From contig JBBIRS010000008.1 of the NCBI GenBank assembly GCA_037441675.1, forward strand, positions 18,778 through 82,777: DNA of 64,000 bases, read 5' to 3'. The notes beneath the pieces were generated by a model. The model did no database searches and had not been told where the DNA came from. It was given only the letters and a program-made list of their open reading frames with translations. The position numbers were made by a program, and so were the translations under genes. Origin of the DNA: Planctomycetales bacterium. Its GTDB lineage: Bacteria; 4484-113. Of this stretch, positions 38,610 to 48,808 are shown piece by piece (positions within the stretch are counted from its first letter, which is position 1; every line of letters starts with the position of its first letter).

Positions 38610-40132
38610 TGAAAAAAGAGTTAATCAAAAAAGTAGCTAGGGTTTGTGCATTTTCTCTTGCGTTAATTCTTTATGGCGGTTTTGCGTCCTGTGGTGGGGG
38701 CGGTGGAACAGGATTTGCACCCAGCCCCTCACAGGAACAATTTTCTCCTTCGCCAACAAAACCAAAGGGCGATGGCATTAACTTGCGGGCAATTGTAATC
38801 AAAAGATCGCATGGCTTGCCGACCGGTGTTAGAGTATCTTGGGATAGAGTCACTGATTCCCGCGCCATTGGCTATTACTTGTATCGCGATGATGAGAGTA
38901 TTCCTGATGGCAATCCGGAAGGCTACGAGAACCTTAGGGTTAACAATGGCGAGATGATTGACCAACCCGATTCCGGTGACACGGTAACTTTTGACGATGA
39001 ATTTGACCCTCAGGTTGGAACAACTTGGTACTATCGCCTTACTGTTGTCAATGACACTAACGATGAGAGTGACTTCTCCAATCAAATATCAATCACAATT
39101 GCTGACTTTAGCTTTGACAGCTTTGACCCATCTGAAGGAACGGTGAATGATGCAGTGACACTTTATGGAACGAACTTTGGCATTTACGATAGTGGGACAG
39201 ATCATGTCTACTTCACTGGAACAAGTGATTGGGTCGAAGCTAGTATCACAAGTTGGAACCAAACACAAATTGAGGTTGAGGTCCCAGTTGGCGCAATTAC
39301 TGGACCCATGCGTGTTAAGATTTCCGATACTGCAGTTGATTCTAGCGATGATTTTACTGTGCTTGCGCCTGTTCTAGATAGCGTAAGTCCAACTCAGGAC
39401 TATGCTGAGAATCTTGACATTACACTTAGCGGTTCACGATTTGAGGACACACAAGGAACAAGCATAGTTACCTTTAACGGTGTTGAGGTTGATACTTATG
39501 TTGCCTGGTCAGACACACAGATAGTGGTTAAAGTGCCAACTGACGCAACTACTGGACCTATAAAGGTAAAGGTCGGAGCTAACGAGAGCAATGGAATAGA
39601 CTTCACGGTACTTCCGCACATCAATTCACTCACTCCGAACAGTGGGCAAGTGGATGATGAGATTACCATTGACGGAACAGGTTTTGGCGCAACTCAAGGC
39701 ACGGTGAAGTTCAACGGAGTTTCCGCAACTGTTGTGAGCTGGGGCAATTTACAGATTGTAGCCAAGGTTCCTGAGACCACTAGTGGTGATGTCTTGGTTA
39801 CCTCTGGCGGAAATGATAGCAATGGCGTTGCATTTACGGTAATTCCAAACATCACAAGTTTCTCTCCGAGCAGAAGCTGGGCTGGCGAAGAGGTTACAAT
39901 TAACGGAACTGGCTTTGGTTCAACGCAAGGTTCAAGCAAAGTCTACTTTTATAACAATGTGGAAGCGGCTTCTTATGTGTCATGGAGCGCAAATCAGATT
40001 GTCGTTACGGTACCTACATCCGCTGATACGGGTAAAATCACAATTGAAGTTGGAGGGCAAACCGATAACTCTGATAGTGATATTCTAATTGTACTTCCAC
40101 CTCCGAACCTTATTGATCTAAGCCAGTACTAA
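38609..40132 (+). CDS. Lipoprotein with an FN3-like domain and five tandem IPT/TIG domains
   Basis: Lipobox FASCGGGGG. Repeated S.P..G.....ITI.GTGFG...G.V.F.G......W....I...VP TIG pattern. Ends VLPPPNLIDLSQY. Start overlaps the upstream stop (TAATG). Confidence 0.65.
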   Translation: MKKELIKKVARVCAFSLALILYGGFASCGGGGGTGFAPSPSQEQFSPSPTKPKGDGINLRAIVIKRSHGLPTGVRVSWDRVTDSRAIGYYLYRDDESIPDGNPEGYENLRVNNGEMIDQPDSGDTVTFDDEFDPQVGTTWYYRLTVVNDTNDESDFSNQISITIADFSFDSFDPSEGTVNDAVTLYGTNFGIYDSGTDHVYFTGTSDWVEASITSWNQTQIEVEVPVGAITGPMRVKISDTAVDSSDDFTVLAPVLDSVSPTQDYAENLDITLSGSRFEDTQGTSIVTFNGVEVDTYVAWSDTQIVVKVPTDATTGPIKVKVGANESNGIDFTVLPHINSLTPNSGQVDDEITIDGTGFGATQGTVKFNGVSATVVSWGNLQIVAKVPETTSGDVLVTSGGNDSNGVAFTVIPNITSFSPSRSWAGEEVTINGTGFGSTQGSSKVYFYNNVEAASYVSWSANQIVVTVPTSADTGKITIEVGGQTDNSDSDILIVLPPPNLIDLSQY

Positions 40133-40297
40133 ATTTTAAGTTAAGCTCCCTATGGGTTTCTCTTAGCAAGGGCTAGCGTTTACTCTTGTAAAGTGTTTTC
40201 ACTCCAAGAATATGTGTGGAACTTGGGATGTGTGTGTGTTTGCGAGAATTCACCCCATTATAAGCTGATTTTGTGTATAAAAGCCACAACTACCTAA

Positions 40298-40969
40298 CTA
40301 TTCACCAGCCATCTTCTCAAGCTTAGACCTCATTAAAATTCTGACACGCTTCCCATCAAGCTCAATTATCCCCTCACGGCTTAGGCGGGACAGATTCCTT
40401 GAAACTAGCTCCCTAACCGTAGCGATCCTGCTGGCAATCTCGCTGTTTGTATGTGGTATCTCAAATTCATCCTTTCCGTTAGATACATTCAACAAGTATC
40501 TGGCGAGCCTCTGAGGTATTTCTAAAAAGCTTATTTCTTCAACCAGCATGACCAAATGCCTGAGCCTAAGAGAGATATTCCGAATAATACTAATCGCCAA
40601 CTCGGGATATCTCATTAGGACTTTTTCAAAATGAGCTTTGGGAACAAGTAAGAGAGTAGTATATTGAAGGGCAACAGCGCTAGCGGGATAAGGCAGAGCG
40701 TCAAGGAGTGGAAGTTCCGCCACCATGCCAACAGGCTTTTCAATCGCTAGAATCTGCTCCCTTCCCTCCGCACTATACTTGTATATCTTAACCTCCCCTT
40801 CAGCAACAACGAACATTCCTACAGGTTTCTCACCTTCTAGAAAAATGTCCTTACCCTTTTCATATTTTATAAAGGTGCTTCCTCGGGCTAGCTCAGTGAT
40901 AATCTCATACTTCAAACCTGAGAAAAAGGGCAACTTACTTAGAAGCTCTAATTTTCGCTTAAGCTCCAT
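40298..40969 (-). CDS. Crp/Fnr-family transcription regulator (cNMP-binding domain plus C-terminal HTH)
   Basis: FLEGEKPVGMFVVAEGEVKIY nucleotide-binding cassette and a C-terminal HTH (SEIASRIATVRELVSRNLSRL). Confidence 0.8.
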   Translation of the reverse strand: MELKRKLELLSKLPFFSGLKYEIITELARGSTFIKYEKGKDIFLEGEKPVGMFVVAEGEVKIYKYSAEGREQILAIEKPVGMVAELPLLDALPYPASAVALQYTTLLLVPKAHFEKVLMRYPELAISIIRNISLRLRHLVMLVEEISFLEIPQRLARYLLNVSNGKDEFEIPHTNSEIASRIATVRELVSRNLSRLSREGIIELDGKRVRILMRSKLEKMAGE

Positions 40970-41301
40970 CTATAGACAAGTTGCAACCATTATACCTTGA
41001 GAAGGATAACTTAATAAAATTTGATTAGAAAAGCTCTAGGAAAGCTATAAGAGGGTGAGTAACAAAAATTATTTTGTGAATTGATAACACCTGATGAAAA
41101 ATCAATAATAATCGCTCTTCCGATGCTTATGCTTCTAGCCACTTATGAAAATGAGCCGGATAGAATTCTGCCTAAGTGGAACACAATGTAGTTGCGATTA
41201 TAGACGCGCCCTTCTACGCTCTAAATCGCCATCAGTATCTGCTTACGCAGGAATAAATGATGCGGGTTTTGAATTGAGAGTATGAGTTTCTTGATTAACC
41301 T

Positions 41302-41562
41302 CTACTCTTCCCCAGGAATTGCTTCTTCATCTTCTTCCTCTTCGCCACCCGTAGATGTGGCAGAGGGAGTGGTTGGAGAACTAGTACCACCCGGAGCTGG
41401 TTGAGCTGACTCTGTTGGCTTGGGCGGAGCCGTTTTGCCTGCTGGGTTAACTTCAGGGCTATAGTCCTTTGGGCAAGCAGTCATAAACATTACCAGCAAA
41501 ACTCCAGCAACTAAACTGAAAACCATTTTGAGTATAGCTTTCATATTAAACATACCCTCCAA
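41302..41562 (-). CDS. Small low-complexity lipoprotein (hypothetical)
   Basis: Probable start MKAILKMVFSLVAGVLLVMFMTAC (lipobox), followed by a P/T/S/E-rich tail. Weakly supported. Confidence 0.35.
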   Translation of the reverse strand: MEGMFNMKAILKMVFSLVAGVLLVMFMTACPKDYSPEVNPAGKTAPPKPTESAQPAPGGTSSPTTPSATSTGGEEEEDEEAIPGEE

Positions 41563-41784
41563 TGTAAAAGTATTTTATCAACTTTTTTTGGATTTAGTCA
41601 AATTGAACTCCACTTAGAACAAATAACGCAGGCTTTTCGCTTTCATGGCGTATTTATAAAATGGAACGCTTCGTTTAATAGCAATTGCGCTAGTGAAGAC
41701 ATTGAAAGTGTAAAATTGCCAGTCGCCGAAGAAAACAGAAAGAAAGGTTCTTAGATCATTATCTATTATCACAATGAGCGTTAC

Positions 41785-43983
41785 TTAAAATCTATCCTTT
41801 CGTGTCCTGTGAGGTGCTTTCTTGAAATCGTTTTCTCTCCTCGCTTGTTTTGTGGTTCGCTCTGGATAATGCCTACCCTCTCTTGGTTTAGTGTATTCTA
41901 AATCTTCCCTCACAAGATTAATTTTGCCTGCTGAATCAATCTCCTTAACACGGACTAAGACTCTATCTCCAATTTTAAGGTAGTCCTCCACTCGGGAGAT
42001 ACGATGATTTGCGATGTTAGAAATATGAAGCAAGCCGTCCCTGCCTGGGACTAATTCAATAAAGGCGCCAAACGGAACCAGGCTAACCACCGTGCCTTCA
42101 AAGACCATATCAAGTTCAATTTCCTGAGTCATCGTCTTAATAATCTCATGAGCTTTGTAAACGCCACGCTTGTCGTATCCCGAAATGTAAACGGTGCCAT
42201 TCTCATCTATGTCTATACTTGCGCCGGTGTCGCTCTGAATCTTCTTCACGTGCCTTCCCGCTGGTCCAATAAGCTGCCCTATCTTATCAACGGGTATCTG
42301 AAGCGTTAACAATGTTGGGGCAAACTCAGAGAGAGATTCTCTTGGTCGGCTAATAACTTTGTTCATTTGGCTTAGTATGAATAGACGAGCTTCCTTGGCT
42401 TTTGCTAATGACTCCTCAATGATTTTTAGCGGTAATCCTTCAATCTTTGTGTCTAGCTGAATAGCTGTAATTCCTACCTCCGTGCCTGCTATCTTAAAAT
42501 CCATATCCCCATAGTGATCCTCAAAGCCCGAGAGGTCAGTTAAAAGAACGTACCTTTCATCGCTTTCATAGAGCAAGCCAATAGACACACCCCCAACAGC
42601 TCGAGCAATAGGTACACCGGAATCCATCAATGCCATACTGCTAGCACAGGTGCTTGCCATAGAAGAACTGGCATTACTTTCGGTAACCTCACTAACCACG
42701 CGAATGGAGTATGGGAAAGTATTCTCAGGGGGAATTAGAGCTTCTAACGCCTTTTCAACCAACGCACCGTGACCTATCTCTCGCCGACCTGGCCCTCTAA
42801 TACTTCTTACTTCTCCAACTGAGTAAGGTGGAAAATTGTAGTGATGAACGAATCTCTTCTCAATCTCCACATTGGCGGTATCAATTTTCTGCCTATCTGC
42901 AAATGTCCCAAGGGTAACGCAGGAAACTATCTGTGTCTGCCCGCGAGTGAAAGCTGCGCTTCCATGAACGCGAGGAAGCAACCCTACTCTTCCTGATATT
43001 TCCCTCACAGTATCAACATCTCTTCCGTCAACGCGGATGTTATTCTCAAAGACAAAATTTCGGTAGAAAACCTTTATAATAGTCTTATCCAGCTCTGCCT
43101 CAATTTCTCTGAGAGGCAGATCTGGAAACTCTAAAAGGATCATTTCCGCAACTTCTTTCTTTATTTTGCGAAGGCTATCGTAGAGATCAAGCTTGCTAGT
43201 TGAGGGAAACAACGGGGCAATTCGCGGTAAGAGAAGCTCTTTTGCCTTTTGTTCAAGTTCACTCTTCTGCTCTATGTTGGGTGGAAAAATCTTTTCTTTT
43301 CTCCAAGAAACCTTATCCACAAAAGCTGAAATTTCCTTGGTTATACGGTCAATTTCTCCTTGGGCTAGCTTAATGCATTCAAGAATGTCACTTTCCGATG
43401 CTTCTTTGCATTGGCTTTCAATCATATTGACGTAACGAGATGTACCACCAACGAGTATGTCAATCGTTGATTCTTGAAGCTGGGGATAAGTGGGGCTAAG
43501 AATGAATTCTCCATGCATTTGGGCAACTCTAATTGCAGCCACTGGAATGTCAAAAGGAATATCGGATAGAGCAAGCGCGGCGGATGCGCCAATAATTGAA
43601 AGGGCATCAGGCGGGTTCAGCTGGTCAACCGAGAGAGCAGTCGCGACAACTTGGACCTCATTTCTAAGCCATGACGGAAAGAGAGGTCTAATGGTGCGGT
43701 CAATTTTCCTTGCGTTTAGAATTGCTTCATCGCTTGGCCTACCCTCTCTCTTGAAAAAGCCACCGGGGAATTTGCCTGCCGCGTACATCCGTTCTTCAAA
43801 ATCCACCAAAAGCGGAAAGAAATCAGTATCTTCGCGGGGTTCCTTTGCCATTGTGGCAGTCACAAGAATAGCAACACCACGATATAGCACTAGACAAGAA
43901 CCACCTGCTTGCCTGGCAAATTCTCCAGTTTCAAGTGTTAGCGTATGATCGCCATATTTGAACTCGTGTGTAACTTTTCCCAT
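41785..43983 (-). CDS. pnp: Polyribonucleotide nucleotidyltransferase (PNPase)
   Basis: Two RNase PH domains plus KH and S1 domains; 732 aa, conserved throughout. Confidence 0.92.
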   Translation of the reverse strand: MGKVTHEFKYGDHTLTLETGEFARQAGGSCLVLYRGVAILVTATMAKEPREDTDFFPLLVDFEERMYAAGKFPGGFFKREGRPSDEAILNARKIDRTIRPLFPSWLRNEVQVVATALSVDQLNPPDALSIIGASAALALSDIPFDIPVAAIRVAQMHGEFILSPTYPQLQESTIDILVGGTSRYVNMIESQCKEASESDILECIKLAQGEIDRITKEISAFVDKVSWRKEKIFPPNIEQKSELEQKAKELLLPRIAPLFPSTSKLDLYDSLRKIKKEVAEMILLEFPDLPLREIEAELDKTIIKVFYRNFVFENNIRVDGRDVDTVREISGRVGLLPRVHGSAAFTRGQTQIVSCVTLGTFADRQKIDTANVEIEKRFVHHYNFPPYSVGEVRSIRGPGRREIGHGALVEKALEALIPPENTFPYSIRVVSEVTESNASSSMASTCASSMALMDSGVPIARAVGGVSIGLLYESDERYVLLTDLSGFEDHYGDMDFKIAGTEVGITAIQLDTKIEGLPLKIIEESLAKAKEARLFILSQMNKVISRPRESLSEFAPTLLTLQIPVDKIGQLIGPAGRHVKKIQSDTGASIDIDENGTVYISGYDKRGVYKAHEIIKTMTQEIELDMVFEGTVVSLVPFGAFIELVPGRDGLLHISNIANHRISRVEDYLKIGDRVLVRVKEIDSAGKINLVREDLEYTKPREGRHYPERTTKQARRENDFKKAPHRTRKDRF

Positions 43984-44001
43984 TGAAGCCTTCTCTTTCT
44001 C

Positions 44002-44268
44002 CTATCTACGCAATCCTAGTTTCCCTATCAAATCAAGGTAGGCTGCGTAATCAGTTTTCTTTAAGTAGTTTAGAAGCTTACGTCGTTTCCCAACCATCAA
44101 TAAGAGTCCACGTCTAGAATGGTAATCTTTTTTGTGAACCTTAAGATGCTCATTGAGCTGTTTTATTCGCTCAGTTAGCAGAGCAATCTGCACCTCAGTT
44201 GACCCTGTGTCAGCTTCGTGCCTTCTAAATTGCTCTATCACTTGAGATTTTTCCCGCACATCAAACAT
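44002..44268 (-). CDS. rpsO: 30S ribosomal protein S15
   Basis: 88 aa with the [14 protein letters not shown]...HLK.HKKD.HSRRGLL motif. Canonical rpsO-pnp arrangement. Confidence 0.9.
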   Translation of the reverse strand: MFDVREKSQVIEQFRRHEADTGSTEVQIALLTERIKQLNEHLKVHKKDYHSRRGLLLMVGKRRKLLNYLKKTDYAAYLDLIGKLGLRR

Positions 44269-44439
44269 TCAGCTTTAATTTTAATCCCTTAATTAAAATA
44301 ATTGTATATTATATCAGATAGTTAGCAAATGTTCCGACCAGCTCGCCGAGAGGGCATCTTATTTCATACCATACTTTTCCAAAATTAAAACGGTTAAAAA
44401 AGTAAAAAAATCCAAAACATTATAAATAAAACAAAAAGA

Positions 44440-45690
44440 TTATGCGGAAACTTTCTTAACACTCGGCGTTAATCGTGCCTGCATTTGGTTTTTAATCAAT
44501 TCTACTAGAAAATTAAGTCCCTTGCCCGATTTTGCGCTTACGAAAATACTATTCGGATACTTTTCGCTTAACAGGTCAATGTACTTAGTATCCTGCAAGA
44601 GATCAATCTTGTTAAAAACGATATAGATTGGAATGTCAGATAAGCCAAACTGCTGCAAAATCTTTAACACGCTTGCTATCATAAAGTCCACGTTTTCACG
44701 GGAGACGTCCGCTACTAAAAGCAATAGATCATTCTCCTCTAGCTCTTCCAGAGTTGCGCGAAATGCTGAGAATAGTTCTTCAGGTAGGTCATTAAGAAAA
44801 CCGACAGTATCCTTAATGAGCCCCTTGCGCCCATCGCCAAGATAAATAATCCTTGCTGTTGGATCTAAGGTTGTGAAATATCTATCATCCACATCTACAT
44901 TGCTTTTAGTGAGAGCATTTAACAAAGAAGACTTGCCTGCGTTTGTGTAACCCACGAGTGAGACAGAGAAAATTTCCGTTTTGCTTCGCCTCTTTCGTTT
45001 CAACTTACGTACAAGAGTTGCTTTCCCAATTTTTCTTTCAAGAACCTTTATCCTACGTCTTATCTGGTCGCGGGTAAGGGAGGTGAGTTTTTCGCCCGCC
45101 CCACCTCGCGTTCCTACATCACCACCAGGAGAACTTAGCTCTTTGCCTATGCCAGTTATCCTAGACAAGGAGTACTTCAAGGTGGCAAGCTCGACTTGAA
45201 GTTTACCCTCAGCAGTTGAAGCATTCTTGGAAAATATTTCAAAGATTATGTCCGATCGGGTTAGTATCCGCGACTTCCATTCATCCTCCAAGTTGCGCTG
45301 GTGAATTGGAGAAAGACTGGCGTTCGTCGCAACGGTATTCACTCCGTAAAACTCAAGCAACTGCCGTATCTTCTTTACTTGACCTTCACCGAAAAAGGTT
45401 CTAGGTGAGGCTTTCCGAACTCTAATCTTAATCACTCCAGTAACGCTTAAAGAGTTTGCTAAAACAAGTTCCAGAAAATCAAAATCTTCCTGTGGATTTT
45501 CTTCATATGGCGCGTATCTCACAGAGAAAACTTCAGCCTCGCTATTGGAAAGTTGAACCGAGGATGAAATATTGAGATGGCGATTTAGCCCTAACTTTAG
45601 GCGCTCTCTTCTCTCAAGGAGAACTACTAGGCATTTTCTTTCTTGCACAAGTTCCGTTATCACGATACTCTTAGTATGAATATAAGGCAA
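44440..45690 (-). CDS. hflX: GTPase HflX
   Basis: G1 box GYTNAGKSSL, DTVGF, and the HflX N-terminal domain; 416 aa. Confidence 0.85.
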   Translation of the reverse strand: MPYIHTKSIVITELVQERKCLVVLLERRERLKLGLNRHLNISSSVQLSNSEAEVFSVRYAPYEENPQEDFDFLELVLANSLSVTGVIKIRVRKASPRTFFGEGQVKKIRQLLEFYGVNTVATNASLSPIHQRNLEDEWKSRILTRSDIIFEIFSKNASTAEGKLQVELATLKYSLSRITGIGKELSSPGGDVGTRGGAGEKLTSLTRDQIRRRIKVLERKIGKATLVRKLKRKRRSKTEIFSVSLVGYTNAGKSSLLNALTKSNVDVDDRYFTTLDPTARIIYLGDGRKGLIKDTVGFLNDLPEELFSAFRATLEELEENDLLLLVADVSRENVDFMIASVLKILQQFGLSDIPIYIVFNKIDLLQDTKYIDLLSEKYPNSIFVSAKSGKGLNFLVELIKNQMQARLTPSVKKVSA

Positions 45691-45930
45691 TATTGTTACG
45701 AGTGCAACATAAGGATGAATTGTTACATTTCATAAAAGATTGTGTTTCTTCCAATATTTATATCTATAATTAATACCAAAGAATATTCCTATAAGGATTG
45801 AGAAATAGAAACCAATGATTAAAGAAGCAGCCTACAGAACTAGAATGTTTGCCAGAATTATAGCGAGAGTAAACGCCGGTGAGCTTAACTTGCAAGTAGT
45901 CGTAGGTGAAAGTAAAATACGAGAATGTAG

Positions 45931-46004
45931 CGGGCTGTGGCGCAGTTGGTTAGCGCGCTAGTCTGGGGGACTAGAGGTCGCCAGTTCGAGTCTGGCCAGC
46001 CCGA
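45931..46004 (+). tRNA. tRNA-Pro (anticodon GGG)
   Basis: Acceptor CGGGCTG/CAGCCCG, D stem GCGC/GCGC, anticodon stem CTAGT/ACTAG with loop CTGGGGG, T arm GCCAG-TTCGAGT-CTGGC. No encoded CCA. Confidence 0.8.
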
Positions 46005-46181
46005 TTTCTATCAGGCAAGAGATGTTTAATGATCATTGTTAAATTGATAAGAATTAGCTTAACTATTTCCTGAATTTAAGCTAATAGACAAACCAATAAT
46101 TGCAAGACAATCTGCTATCAAGGATTTAGTCGCAAGGAGAGCTTATGCGTTTGGTGAAGTGTTAGATGTAATGGAGAAATC

Positions 46182-46982
46182 TTATTTATTGTTTGACCTT
46201 TCTGCTGATATAAGAAAACTAATTAGCCTATCCTGGTCTGAGATAGAAATATCTGTGAATGCGAAACCAATTTGGTAAAGCATTCTGCCTTCCTGAATTC
46301 CAAGCTTCTTAGTCCAAACAACCCTGGATGGGACAGTAAGCTCCAAAGAGATAAAAATATTCTCTTTGTCTCTAAATCCTGCCGTAATATGAAGGTGAAC
46401 CTCGTCTCCAACCTTTAACCAGCCAAGTCTACTAAGTACTCTTATGCCTCCTCCGCCAATATCAAGAATTGGATTGGGCTCGGAGGCTTCACCAAGCTCC
46501 ATATTGATAATAGTTACGGTTCCCAACACCTGAACGCGAACAAAACGTCTTCCAAATATCTGCATCCCTAAGTGGGGTCTAGTTGTAGTGAGTGAGGCGG
46601 GATTCTGGGACTTATTTATAAGTCGCGTCTCTATGCTAAAGACACCCTTAGGATCAATGATAAATAACGGAATAGTTATATACGAGGAGAGCAGGTTCCA
46701 GAGATCATCAGGGATTCGGGCAAAATTGGTGGTAAACTCCCTTTCTGAAACAAAAAACACTTTCCCGCATAAAAACGCTGGAAGATTAGAAATCCTCTTG
46801 GAAATACCAGTCGATTCATCTCCACCATTGACAGTTGGAGAAACAGATTCAGATCTTTTGCCTTCAGAAAAGTCGTTCTTACCCACAAAACCCGTCTGCA
46901 AGTAAATCCCCATGCAGTCGAGCTCTATTACCTGGTTCTTATATATCAAATCGTACACATCCGCTTGATACTTTTCTATCAT
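46182..46982 (-). CDS. PilZ-domain c-di-GMP-binding protein (YcgR-like architecture)
   Basis: RRFVR ... DIGGGGIRV (RxxxR and DxSxGG PilZ motifs) in the C-terminal half; the N-terminal domain is PilZN-like. Confidence 0.65.
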   Translation of the reverse strand: MIEKYQADVYDLIYKNQVIELDCMGIYLQTGFVGKNDFSEGKRSESVSPTVNGGDESTGISKRISNLPAFLCGKVFFVSEREFTTNFARIPDDLWNLLSSYITIPLFIIDPKGVFSIETRLINKSQNPASLTTTRPHLGMQIFGRRFVRVQVLGTVTIINMELGEASEPNPILDIGGGGIRVLSRLGWLKVGDEVHLHITAGFRDKENIFISLELTVPSRVVWTKKLGIQEGRMLYQIGFAFTDISISDQDRLISFLISAERSNNK

Positions 46983-47012
46983 TTTGCCTTATCATTATGC
47001 TAGACTTTAGAG

Positions 47013-48272
47013 GTGTTAGCAAGCAACAGAGATACAGTGGTATCCGGTGACTATTTTCTGCAATATCAAAGACATATTAACAGTGGGCTTGCTCGCTTAT
47101 TGGCATTTATGGATCTTGATTCGGTTGAAGTTGAAGCTCAAGGAGTTTACGTTTGGGATAATCGCGGGAGAAAGTTTATTGATTTTCTTGGCGGTTATGG
47201 GGTTTTCAACTTTGGCCATAGACATCCGAAGATTGTCTCAGCAGTGAAAGAGCAGTTGGATAAGATGCCACTTAGCAGTAAGATTATGCTAAATTCAAAA
47301 CAAGCTGAGCTTGCGGAGATGCTCGCGAGGCTTGCACCTAAGGGCATAGAAAAATTTTTCTTTTGTAATTCAGGAACTGAAGCGGTTGAGGGTGCGCTGA
47401 AATTAGCTAGACTTGCCACTTCCAAGCGAAAGGTTCTCTACACGACGAACAGTTTTCATGGCAAGACATTAGGTTCCCTTTCCGCAAGCGGTAGAAATAG
47501 ATACAGGGATCCCTTTGAACCACTTCTTTCTGACTTTGTTCCAATCCCATTCGGAGATGCGTCCGCGCTCAGCTCAGCAATAGACGAAAGTACATCCGCA
47601 TTTATTGTGGAACCTATTCAAGGTGAAGGAGGGATAAGGGTTCCCGTTGAAGGTTACTTAAAAGAGGCGCGAGAAATAACTAGGAGTCATGGCGTATTAC
47701 TCATCGTGGACGAGGTTCAGACGGGACTAGGTAGGACTGGCAAGAATTTCGCGGTAGAGCATGAAGGTGTTGAACCAGATATCATTGTCCTTGGAAAGGC
47801 ATTGGGTGGGGGGGTTCTGCCGCTAGCTACATTTGGGGGCACGGAAATGGTGTGGAGGAAACTTGAGGATGATCCCCTCCTACATACGAGCACCTTTGGC
47901 GGTAATCCATTGGCATGCGCCGCAGGTATTGCTGGGCTGAACGTCCTTTTAGAAGAAAATTTGGCAGAAAGGGCGGGAAGAATCGGTGAAAGCTTCATCC
48001 GTAGGCTGAGTTCACTTTGTTCAAATTATCCGAACATTATCTCTGAAGTGAGAGGGAAAGGGCTTATGGTAGGTATTGAATTTACCTCGCAGGATGCGGG
48101 GGAGCTCTTTATAGCTTGCTTGATCAAAGCAGGAATCCTAGTCGCGTTCACACTGAATTCACCTCAAGTAATACGTATGGAACCACCATTAAACACACCT
48201 GAAGAGGTTTTTGAAGAAGTTCTTAATGCTACAGAAAATGCGCTTAAAAGTGTTTCTAGTTTTTTTCAATAG
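47013..48272 (+). CDS. Class III PLP-dependent aminotransferase (acetylornithine/ornithine/GABA aminotransferase family)
   Basis: GHRHP, CNSGTEAVE, LIVDEVQTGLGRTG and LGKALGGG (Lys in the K-box) motifs. Confidence 0.8.
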   Translation: MLASNRDTVVSGDYFLQYQRHINSGLARLLAFMDLDSVEVEAQGVYVWDNRGRKFIDFLGGYGVFNFGHRHPKIVSAVKEQLDKMPLSSKIMLNSKQAELAEMLARLAPKGIEKFFFCNSGTEAVEGALKLARLATSKRKVLYTTNSFHGKTLGSLSASGRNRYRDPFEPLLSDFVPIPFGDASALSSAIDESTSAFIVEPIQGEGGIRVPVEGYLKEAREITRSHGVLLIVDEVQTGLGRTGKNFAVEHEGVEPDIIVLGKALGGGVLPLATFGGTEMVWRKLEDDPLLHTSTFGGNPLACAAGIAGLNVLLEENLAERAGRIGESFIRRLSSLCSNYPNIISEVRGKGLMVGIEFTSQDAGELFIACLIKAGILVAFTLNSPQVIRMEPPLNTPEEVFEEVLNATENALKSVSSFFQ

Positions 48273-48292
48273 CTTGAAGGAGATAAACACTA

Positions 48293-48757
48293 ATGCCGAG
48301 AATTGAACTTGAGGAATTTATAGAGATAAATGCTAAAGATGCCTTCAACCTTGCGCAAAACATTGAAAGGTTTCCAGAATTTATCCCCAGTCTTAAAGAG
48401 GTGAAAATTCTTTCTAGGAACGGCAATATCGTTCTAAGCAGATGGCTTGGAGTTGCGGAGGTAGGACCAATCTCAAGGCAGATAACATGGGAAGAAAGAG
48501 ACGAATGGAATGAAGAGAGGTTGGAATGCAAATTTGAACTGATAGCCGGTGATATGAAGACTTATTATGGGCTATGGCGTTTTCTGGAAGCTGAAGGAGG
48601 AAGTCGCTTAAAACTTGAGCTTGAGTATGACATTGGAATCCCAATGCTCGGTCCATTTTTTCACAAGGTAATACATGAGAAAATGATTGAATCCTGCCAG
48701 AGTATTTTGAGGGCGGTAAAGTTATTAGCTGAGGGAAATAGTAAAACTTTGGGTTGA
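48293..48757 (+). CDS. SRPBCC-fold (polyketide cyclase/Coq10/RatA-like) protein
   Basis: 154 aa; sequence pattern consistent with the START/Bet v1-like ligand-binding fold. Confidence 0.6.
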   Translation: MPRIELEEFIEINAKDAFNLAQNIERFPEFIPSLKEVKILSRNGNIVLSRWLGVAEVGPISRQITWEERDEWNEERLECKFELIAGDMKTYYGLWRFLEAEGGSRLKLELEYDIGIPMLGPFFHKVIHEKMIESCQSILRAVKLLAEGNSKTLG

Positions 48758-48808
48758 AAAGGCTTCATCTAGCTTTTAGATGTTTAGTATCAACTCGTAG
48801 TGCGATGA

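Noticed and set aside
40231-40243. (GT)5 dinucleotide run as a phase-variation switch
   Set aside because: Only five repeats, and it lies between two convergent gene ends (the 3' side of both), not in a promoter or coding region.
34160-45930. The region between tRNA-Leu and tRNA-Pro as an integrated island
   Set aside because: It contains universal core genes (pnp, rpsO, hflX), has no integrase, and shows no obvious compositional shift. The tRNAs are simply dispersed chromosomal tRNAs.
48293-48757. SRPBCC protein as a RatA-type toxin of a toxin-antitoxin pair
   Set aside because: No small antitoxin-like partner ORF is adjacent. Coq10/START-like proteins with this fold are usually lipid or quinone binders, not toxins.
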